This document shows, piece by piece, positions 1 to 5,990 of a stretch of DNA of 24,203 nt. Numbering within the stretch: the first letter of the stretch is position 1; each line of letters starts with the position of its first letter. Position numbers and translations under genes: made by a program. The notes beneath the pieces were generated by a model, which ran no database searches, was not told where the DNA came from, and saw nothing but the letters and a program-made list of their open reading frames with translations. The stretch comes from an uncultured Clostridia bacterium (GTDB lineage Bacteria > Bacillota > Clostridia > Oscillospirales > CAG-272). The stretch is from positions 1 through 24,203 of the forward strand of contig CAMPBZ010000001.1 of NCBI GenBank assembly GCA_946641795.1. Reading direction: 5' to 3'.

Positions 1-49
1 CCCGTGATACGAAAGTATCGTACCGGTTCGATCCCGGTCACCGGCACCA
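1..49 (+). tRNA. tRNA-Leu, 3' part only (anticodon outside the window)
   Basis: Long variable arm GATAC-GAAA-GTATC, T-arm ACCGG-TTCGATC-CCGGT, acceptor 3' strand CACCGGC, discriminator A73 and encoded CCA. A GCCGGTG-type acceptor with a long arm and A73 fits Leu. Confidence 0.85.
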
Positions 50-192
50 CCGGGGGCTGAAAAGAGGGCCAGGCGAAGGGGACGGCGTGCGAGATGCGGT
101 CGAACGCAAGGCAGCAGGCAGGCGCCGAGGCGAGAAGCAGAGGGCGCGAGGCGGCTGGCGCGAGAAGCCTTTTGACCGGCAAAACAAAATAT

Positions 193-262
<70 letters not shown>

Positions 263-269
<7 letters not shown>

Positions 270-427
270 AAAATAAGGCAGGCACCCAAACGGGTGCCTG
301 CCTTATTTTTGCCTGTGAAAGCGATTTTGACCGTACGATCAACGGGTTATGAGCCCGAAGGGCGAATAACCCGGAGGGGAGCGCGTCGAGCGCTGTCGGC
401 GACAGATACAGCGAAGGCGCGCGAGTG
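263..427 (+). repeat. tRNA-linked long repeat, copy 1
   Basis: Matches 2125-2289 with one mismatch and 723-887 with several substitutions. Confidence 0.95.
269..310. terminator. Intrinsic terminator after tRNA-Met, probably bidirectional
   Basis: Perfect 19-bp inverted repeat AAAAATAAGGCAGGCACCC-aaac-GGGTGCCTGCCTTATTTTT; identical copies at 729-770 and 2131-2172. Confidence 0.9.
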
Positions 428-491
428 GCCGCGGTCAAAACTGCGGAGCGAGTGCTACGAGCGACAAGCAGTTTTGGGCACCGCAACAGGA

Positions 492-522
492 TCGTGTGGT
501 TCAAGTCCCACCTCCGCAACCA
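492..522 (+). repeat. Duplicate of the tRNA-Met 3' end (31 nt, att-like)
   Basis: TCGTGTGGTTCAAGTCCCACCTCCGCAACCA is identical to 239-269. Confidence 0.95.
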
Positions 523-563
523 AACGCACAAAGGACACCTAATCGGGTGTCCTTTGTGCGTTT
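522..563. terminator. Intrinsic terminator after the second tRNA 3' end
   Basis: 18-bp inverted repeat AAACGCACAAAGGACACC / GGTGTCCTTTGTGCGTTT, a different sequence from the other terminators. Confidence 0.85.
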
Positions 564-700
564 GTCTGTGGGGATGTTGCCGCGAAGCACACGCAATCGC
601 CAACGCCGGGCAATGGCATTTAATAAAGCGGAAGAAGCGATTGCCGGACGGAGCAAAGGCGGTCGGGAGCCCGCCGTCACGGCTTGCCGTGTTGCGAAGT

Positions 701-916
701 TGTGGTTACAAGTCCCACCTCCGCAACCAAAAATAAGGCAGGCACCCAAACGGGTGCCTGCCTTATTTTTGCCTGTGAAAGCGATTTTGACCGTACGGTC
801 AACGGGTTATGAGCCCGAAGGGCGAATAAGTCGGAGGGGAGCGCGCCGAGCGCTGCCGGTGACAGATACAGCAATGGCGCGCGAGCGCAACTATTCGGTT
901 TCGCGTAGCGAAACGT
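701..916 (+). repeat. tRNA-linked long repeat, copy 2 (tRNA 3' end with an A inserted in the T-loop, terminator, spacer)
   Basis: TGTGGTT(A)CAAGTCCCACCTCCGCAACCA followed by the same terminator and spacer as copy 1, offset 460 bp. Positions 888-916 match 2290-2318. Confidence 0.93.
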
Positions 917-996
917 CGGCGTTCAGCCGGCGAGAATGTTGCGTACGTTGGCGCAGGTCGAGATTTTTGCGAGCGACTGCGAGCATAAAAAATCTC

Positions 997-1022
997 GGGC
1001 ACCGCAACAGGATCGTGTGGTT
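997..1022 (+). repeat. Truncated tRNA-Met 3' fragment, left junction of the toxin cassette
   Basis: GGGCACCGCAACAGGATCGTGTGGTT is the same as 476-501 and stops abruptly in the T-loop. Confidence 0.9.
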
Positions 1023-1347
1023 ATTCTATGACGGTCACCGACGAATCCTCATTGACAATTTCAATTTGAATATCCTTTGCGAACATATCATCAGGATAGT
1101 GCTTAAACCTTTGCAAAATCTCAATCATTTTATCTGCGGCATCGTCAAATTTATCTCTAATGATTTCAAGTCCTATAATTGTAATGCGCATGGGGGTCCC
1201 ATACAGATCGGTCAAGCAATCCCAAAAAGCGGACCAGTTACAGCCATAATAATCCGGAAATTCAAGAGATTCTCGGATGACAAAATGCATTTCTAAATAA
1301 TATTTCACATTGTGGAAATCAATGGTATATTCTTTTCTTTTTTCCAT
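1021..1347 (-). CDS. Barstar-family RNase inhibitor (immunity protein), 108 aa
   Basis: FPDYYGCNWSAFWDCLTD aligns with barstar LPEYYGENLDALWDCLTG. SD GAGGAGG overlaps the upstream stop codon; ATG at 1347. Confidence 0.93.
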   Translation of the reverse strand: MEKRKEYTIDFHNVKYYLEMHFVIRESLEFPDYYGCNWSAFWDCLTDLYGTPMRITIIGLEIIRDKFDDAADKMIEILQRFKHYPDDMFAKDIQIEIVNEDSSVTVIE

Positions 1348-1357
1348 GTGGCCCTCC

Positions 1358-1930
1358 TCACTTTGTAATTTCATAAAATGTTTGGTAATGGTCGTATGTA
1401 ACAAAAATCAAACCGTCACTTGAATAAAGGATCCTTTGCCGATTTCGCTTTCCACCTGTGTAATTGATGTCGGCTTCATACCATATTCGCCCCGGCATAA
1501 ATGGGAGTTTCTGATCATCGTTTGTATAAATATCTCCGCCGATCATTTTGCCGGGCAAAACCTTATCTAATTTTTTGTGATTCGGTTTCCAGCCTTCAGA
1601 GTAGGCCTCTTTTTTGCTTACATAATAATTCGGTAACCGATTTAAATAATAGAGCTGGGCGTCTGCGCCGTTATATCCCATGTTGGTTGCACTTCCCGCA
1701 AGTTTTGTTCTCATCGGCACATAAATGCACTTACAATTCTCATGTGCGTTGACCTGGTCATTGTTTTCCAAAACAGAGATGTCGACGATCGTTCCGTGAT
1801 GGTCAACACAATATTTGCAGGTAGTGATGGTGAGTTGCGACTTCCAGTTTGCCCATTTGGAACTGTTACCCGCTAAATTCCTATCTTGTAAAAGATCGTT
1901 GATAAAAGTATCAACAAAATTTTCTTCCAT
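1358..1930 (-). CDS. Barnase-family ribonuclease toxin with an N-terminal MuF-like (phage head morphogenesis) Cys/His motif, 190 aa
   Basis: C-terminus IGGDIYTN..KLP..GRIWYEADINYTGGKRNRQRILYSSDGLIFVTYDHYQTF matches barnase, including catalytic E and H. N-terminus has TCKYC..HG..HENCKC. SD AAAGGAG; ATG at 1930. Confidence 0.92.
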   Translation of the reverse strand: MEENFVDTFINDLLQDRNLAGNSSKWANWKSQLTITTCKYCVDHHGTIVDISVLENNDQVNAHENCKCIYVPMRTKLAGSATNMGYNGADAQLYYLNRLPNYYVSKKEAYSEGWKPNHKKLDKVLPGKMIGGDIYTNDDQKLPFMPGRIWYEADINYTGGKRNRQRILYSSDGLIFVTYDHYQTFYEITK

Positions 1931-1943
1931 GTTTTCTCCTTTC

Positions 1944-1971
1944 ATTATATCATTTTTTTATTGCGTGTCAA
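1944..1971 (-). promoter_or_regulatory. Sigma-A promoter of the toxin-immunity cassette
   Basis: TTGACA (1971-1966), 16-nt spacer, TGaTATAAT (-10 at 1949-1944). Confidence 0.7.
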
Positions 1972-2042
1972 TGAATTGATTACTGAATTTTGATTTGTTC
2001 CGCTTCTGTGCCTGCCCCCATCAAAACCATAACACAAATTTT

Positions 2043-2078
2043 TGTGCCATTCTGTGCCAAATGTGCCACACTGTGCCA
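2043..2078 (+). repeat. Four phased TGTGCCA direct repeats (arm-site or iteron-like)
   Basis: TGTGCCA at 2043, 2053, 2062 and 2072 (spacing 10, 9, 10). Confidence 0.9.
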
Positions 2079-2124
2079 AGCATTCTCAAAACTCCACTAC
2101 CAATTCAATTAAAGTTGCAAACGT

Positions 2125-2318
2125 GCAACCAAAAATAAGGCAGGCACCCAAACGGGTGCCTGCCTTATTTTTGCCTGTGAAAGCGATTTTGACCGTACGA
2201 TCAACGGGTTATGAGCCCGAAGGGCGAATAACCCGGAGGGGAGCGCGTCGAGCGCTGTCGGCGACAGATACAGCGACGGCGCGCGAGTGCAACTATTCGG
2301 TTTCGCGTAGCGAAACGT
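2125..2318 (+). repeat. tRNA-linked long repeat, copy 3 (right junction of the cassette)
   Basis: Starts at GCAACCA, followed by the terminator and spacer. The 5' part matches copy 1 and the 3' part matches copy 2. Confidence 0.95.
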
Positions 2319-2353
2319 TCGGCGTTTTTTGCTGTTATATCAAACGGAAGAAA

Positions 2354-2427
2354 TAAAAAAATCACCCCCAAGAACGTATCTCGGGGGATATAGCCGGGCG
2401 GCGTCAGATCATGCGCCCGACCTCGCT
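2354..2427 (-). ncRNA. Candidate small RNA B (about 75 nt)
   Basis: Own promoter TTGACA-17-TGgTATTAT (2460-2432), a GUCGGGCG/CGCCCGGC hairpin, then a CCCCCGAGA/UCUUGGGGG hairpin with a U-tract. No real ORF. Confidence 0.55.
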
Positions 2428-2470
2428 GTTTATAATACCACAAAAAAACGGATTTGTCAATAGAAAAACA

Positions 2471-2532
2471 AAAAAAGTGACCGGGCGATTGGCAACCCGG
2501 TCATCACGGTTGCAAAAGCAGAGCCGTGTCCA
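2471..2532 (-). ncRNA. Candidate small RNA A (about 60 nt)
   Basis: Consensus promoter TTGACA-17-TGcTATAAT (2567-2539), a CACGG/CCGUG hairpin, then terminator UGACCGGG/CCCGGUCA with U7. Confidence 0.6.
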
Positions 2533-2577
2533 ATAATTATTATAGCATTGACGCCGCTATTTGTCAAGGCCTGATTT

Positions 2578-3570
2578 TTACTCCTTGTTATAAACGCTGC
2601 GGTACTTTTTGAGCGCGTAGTGGTAGTAGTTGCGCATAAAGATCCCCAGCCGTTTCGGGGAGAGGATAAGCGCGCTGTCGCCAAAGCGCTCAAAGTAGTA
2701 AAGCACCTGCTGGGCGGAGCATTCAAAGGTGTAAATGTCCTCTTCTATTTTTGTGGGTGTGGGACGGTATAGATAAATCTTTTCAAACAGAGCCTTTCCC
2801 TTTTCGGTCAATTGAACGCGAATGGGAACGTTGTCGGTTGCGTAAAGGGGATATTGCGCGCCGCAGGCGATCTGCCTTTCAAAAAGGTTGCGGCTTTCGG
2901 CCGGGAGTTCGGCTTTGTCGGGCAGCAGCGAGGCGGACTTGATTTTTGCCAGCCGCACCGTTGCGTTCCTGCTTCCGTCATAGAGCAAAACGTAGTTGAA
3001 AAGCTCGTCCTTGGAGGGCGCTACGGCATAAATTGAGCAATTGGAAACGACCTTTCCGTTCTCCAAAAAGAGGCAGACCTGCACGCCTTTGGCCACGGCG
3101 CGCGAAAGCAGCTCGTAGTTTTGCCGGAACAAAATTTTTTCCCGCTCGTTTTTGCTTTTCTTTGCGTAGGAAAGGAACAGGCGGCGGTAAAAAGCGGAAA
3201 GCGCCTCGCCCGAAAGCAGGACGTGCTCAATAAAATCGGTAACGTGCTCGGACTGTTTTGTGGGTTTGAAGGAAAGCGAAACGCCCTTGTGGCCGTACTG
3301 CTGTTTTTCCCGTCTGGCAAGCACCTGCAAAACGCCTTCCAAAGCCTCGCCGCGGTATTTTTCCGGCACCCGGAAAAGCGCCTTTTTCATTTCGTCGTGC
3401 AGTTCTTCCTCGCTCGCCGAAAACGCCTCGTAATCATTTACGATCAGCGTATTCAAAAAATCGTTGAGGTTTGGCGAGCGGTCTTTTTTGAAAAAGCGGA
3501 AATCGACGCAGTCTTTGCGCAGCAATTCCAGCGTTTCCTGCGGCAGTGTAAGTTTGATCTTTTCGGTCAT
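2578..3570 (-). CDS. WYL-domain protein of the WYL1 type (Cas13d accessory family) with an RHH-like N-terminus and WCX-like C-terminus, 330 aa
   Basis: EREKILF, FNYVL, VRLAKI, VQLTEKG..LFEKIYLYRP and QVLYYFERFG..ILSP parallel RspWYL1 motifs as I recall them. SD GGAGGTG; ATG at 3570. Confidence 0.8.
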   Translation of the reverse strand: MTEKIKLTLPQETLELLRKDCVDFRFFKKDRSPNLNDFLNTLIVNDYEAFSASEEELHDEMKKALFRVPEKYRGEALEGVLQVLARREKQQYGHKGVSLSFKPTKQSEHVTDFIEHVLLSGEALSAFYRRLFLSYAKKSKNEREKILFRQNYELLSRAVAKGVQVCLFLENGKVVSNCSIYAVAPSKDELFNYVLLYDGSRNATVRLAKIKSASLLPDKAELPAESRNLFERQIACGAQYPLYATDNVPIRVQLTEKGKALFEKIYLYRPTPTKIEEDIYTFECSAQQVLYYFERFGDSALILSPKRLGIFMRNYYHYALKKYRSVYNKE

Positions 3571-3592
3571 TCCAATCACCTCCTCTGAAATA

Positions 3593-3621
3593 ATTGTACC
3601 CAAAAAGGGGGCATTTGTCAA
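3593..3621 (-). promoter_or_regulatory. Sigma-A promoter of the WYL gene
   Basis: TTGACA-17-TACAAT on the minus strand. Confidence 0.75.
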
Positions 3622-3690
3622 TAGGAAAATGCGTATTTTCGCCTGTGTACTTGTTTTTTCGGTGGTCAAAAAATTCCGGAATACTGCCAG

Positions 3691-3719
3691 TTGTATTTTG
3701 TCGCTTTTTGGCATATAAT
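3691..3719 (+). promoter_or_regulatory. Sigma-A promoter of the DUF6847-like gene
   Basis: TTGTAT-17-TATAAT, with palindrome ATTCCGGAAT at 3673-3682 just upstream. Confidence 0.7.
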
Positions 3720-3752
3720 GGGGGCAAGAACAAAAACACGGAGGTGAAAAAT

Positions 3753-4238
3753 ATGAAAGTTTGTCACATGGAAGCAATGAAAGAAATCCGATTGCTGGAA
3801 GAGCAAAAGCAAATGGTGCTGGAAAAAGAGGAGGAAGGGTTCCGCGTATCCTATAAGGAAGGTGAAAGCAAAGTGGACACCGGCTACTCCTACCGGGAGA
3901 CCCGCGATCAGGTTGCCGCCCTGGACGCGCGCATCCGGCAGATCAAAAGCGCGCTGGCCAAGGCAAACTGCCTTTGCCGGTTGGAGGAATTTGACGTTAC
4001 CATTGGCGAAGCGCTCGTTTTGCTGGCGCAATGGAACGCCGAATACGCGCGGCTTTGCCGGCTTTCCTCCCAGCGGCAACTCTCCCGCCGCATTACCGCC
4101 AACGGCATACTGGAATACACGGAATGCTTATACGACGTGAAAGCGGTGGCCGAGGAGCGCAACTTGCTGAAACAACGCATCGGCGCGCTGCAAATTGCGA
4201 TTGACCGCGCCAATCTGCTTTCGCAAATCGAAATTTAA
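3753..4238 (+). CDS. Coiled-coil protein, DUF6847/DIP1984-like, 161 aa
   Basis: SD GGAGGTG. Helical pattern with SYKEGE, RIRQIKSALAKAN, TIGEAL, YDVK and a terminal LQIAIDRAN..IEI typical of this family (from memory). Confidence 0.6.
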   Translation: MKVCHMEAMKEIRLLEEQKQMVLEKEEEGFRVSYKEGESKVDTGYSYRETRDQVAALDARIRQIKSALAKANCLCRLEEFDVTIGEALVLLAQWNAEYARLCRLSSQRQLSRRITANGILEYTECLYDVKAVAEERNLLKQRIGALQIAIDRANLLSQIEI

Positions 4239-4475
4239 CGCATTTCCCAACCGCCCTTAACAGGCTGAACCCTTTTGGGTTTTGGCACCTCCTAAGGTAT
4301 AACTGATATTTTTGAATTGTTATCGTTGTGTTTTACAGTACGGGTCAAGGCTTATGGGTTGTGTTCTTGTAGTTGTTGGTTTATGGTTCAAGGGCTATGT
4401 CAAAAAACGACAAGATAAAATGCGGGTACGCATTTTTCATTGAGAAACGGGCGGTCAAAAGCTTTTGGTGGGGGA
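4239..4475 (+). ncRNA. Candidate structured 3' RNA with a G/U-rich 7-nt periodic tract
   Basis: ACCGCCC near the 5' end can pair with GGGCGGT near the 3' end. Small hairpins at 4268-4281 and 4417-4436; heptamer-phased tract at 4312-4395; no credible ORF. Confidence 0.45.
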
Positions 4476-4620
4476 AGCATGGGTCATATCCCATTTCCCG
4501 GTTCCCGCACCCCGCAGCAATCAAACGCACGCGACGGGATCAAATGAACGCGGCGCGGCGGCAAAGCGGGGCTGCAAAGGCGTTCAGCCGGGATCGACAA
4601 AACGAAAGGAAAAAACAAGA

Positions 4621-5985
4621 ATGAGCGAGTTAAACAGAATTGCCGGCTATGAAGCCGAAAAGCGGGAATTGCAAACATTGATTGAGATTTTTAACAATCG
4701 GGAAAAGTATCGCGAAAAAGGAGCAAGTTTACCAAAAGGAATTATATTTTACGGTAAATCCGGCACAGGAAAAACACTGTTTGCACAGGTGCTTGCCGCA
4801 GAGTGTACGCTGAAAGTGATTAAAGTGGATCTCCCGACAGCCGGCGAGCAGGATGTTTGTCGGTTGATCCGCAAGGCGTTCATCAAAGGCGCACGTTCAC
4901 GCAAGCCCACAATGATCTTTTTGGATGAGTTGGACAAACTTCTCCCAAATCAGCGCGAAGAATATTGCACCGATCAATCCAAGGCGGTGTTGACGCAACT
5001 GCTCACATTGATTGACGGGATGCACACCGTAGATGACATTGTATTTGTAGCGACCTGCAACGATTATGACGATCTACCGGAAAGTCTGACGCGTGCCGGC
5101 CGGTTTGACAAAAAAATTGCCCTGGGTCTTCCCTCTTTTTCTTCTCGTACGGCGATCCTGCGGCTCTATGCAAACGCATCCTCCTGTCAATTTGCGCTTG
5201 CCGCCGAAAACATTGCAAAACTTTGCACCGGCTTTTCCTGTGCGGCTTTGAAAACGCTGATCAACGAATGCGTGTTGCGTTCAGACGAGCACAATTTCAT
5301 CAGCGAAGAGTTAATTCGGGAAAAGGTGGCGGAAATTACCGACGAAGATCTTGTTTGCAAAAAGAGCGACGCAAGCAAAAGCGTGCAGGCAGCCCGCAAC
5401 ATTGGCTCCTTTCTCGTCTCTCGCGAATACAGCAAGAGCGATTACTTGCTCTCGCTGAACGAAAACACCGTTTGCAACGTCTTTCTTGACAGCGTAATTA
5501 CGGGCATTAATGACGAATATGACGATTATGATGACGACGAATACGATGATTATGATGTTGACGATGACGACAAGAAAGACGAAAAGACGAACGACCTGCC
5601 GATTTCCAAAAACGATTATCTTGCCGCCATCACGGCGCTGTTGGGCGGATATGCCGCAGAGGAGCTGTTGTTTCACAAAACGTACAACACACTTGATCAC
5701 TCTATGCGTAGCATCAAATACATCTTCTGCGAAATGGAAGAATGCGGTATGCTGGGGTGGCGGATGACATTCAAGTGCGACCATTCCGATTGTTCTTCTG
5801 ACCTCATGGAGCGCGAAGAGGCGCTTTTTGAGCAAATCGTTACCGAATGTTACGAAGCGGCAAAAGCAACGGTTACGAAGAACGAGCGGCTGATCAAAGA
5901 ATTAATCCCCGTTCTGATCCGGCGTGAAAGCATTGAAAAAGAGGAATGCGAGCAGATCCTTGCCGGACTTGGTGGCGTTGACTGA
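4621..5985 (+). CDS. Soluble FtsH-like AAA+ ATPase with a degenerate M41-like domain, 454 aa
   Basis: Walker A GKSGTGKT, Walker B IFLDE, SRH ATCN..RAGRFD, and M41-like ALLGGYAAEEL. No TM segment and no HEXXH motif. Confidence 0.85.
   Translation: MSELNRIAGYEAEKRELQTLIEIFNNREKYREKGASLPKGIIFYGKSGTGKTLFAQVLAAECTLKVIKVDLPTAGEQDVCRLIRKAFIKGARSRKPTMIFLDELDKLLPNQREEYCTDQSKAVLTQLLTLIDGMHTVDDIVFVATCNDYDDLPESLTRAGRFDKKIALGLPSFSSRTAILRLYANASSCQFALAAENIAKLCTGFSCAALKTLINECVLRSDEHNFISEELIREKVAEITDEDLVCKKSDASKSVQAARNIGSFLVSREYSKSDYLLSLNENTVCNVFLDSVITGINDEYDDYDDDEYDDYDVDDDDKKDEKTNDLPISKNDYLAAITALLGGYAAEELLFHKTYNTLDHSMRSIKYIFCEMEECGMLGWRMTFKCDHSDCSSDLMEREEALFEQIVTECYEAAKATVTKNERLIKELIPVLIRRESIEKEECEQILAGLGGVD
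5509..5580 (+). repeat. Low-complexity Asp/Tyr-rich coding repeat
   Basis: Encodes NDEYDDYDDDEYDDYDVDDDDKKD. Confidence 0.85.
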
Positions 5986-5990
5986 ACGAC

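Larger units (their letters stand above)
1023..2124. mobile_element. AT-rich horizontally acquired cassette or integrative-element remnant inside a tRNA-Met 3'-end repeat
   Basis: Visibly AT-richer than its flanks and bounded by the two halves of a tRNA 3' end. Phased TGTGCCA repeats and a GTTGC-N6-GCAAC inverted repeat lie at the right junction. No integrase in the window. Confidence 0.7.

Noticed and set aside
1013-2131. Integron cassette with attC
   Set aside because: The GTT junction is not followed by RRRY, no paired R''/R' boxes are seen, and there is no intI.
2484-2515. SAM-I riboswitch (GCAACC...GGUUGCCAAU resemblance)
   Set aside because: Only a P3-like fragment is present; P1/P2, the kink-turn and a downstream gene are missing.
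2354-2532. TIGR-like guide array or type I toxin-antitoxin pair
   Set aside because: There are only two non-identical units and no Nop-domain gene. The opposite-strand 41-aa ORF from 2411 has no SD and is not hydrophobic.
4621-5985. ftsH gene symbol
   Set aside because: It lacks the TM segments, pore loop and HEXXH motif.
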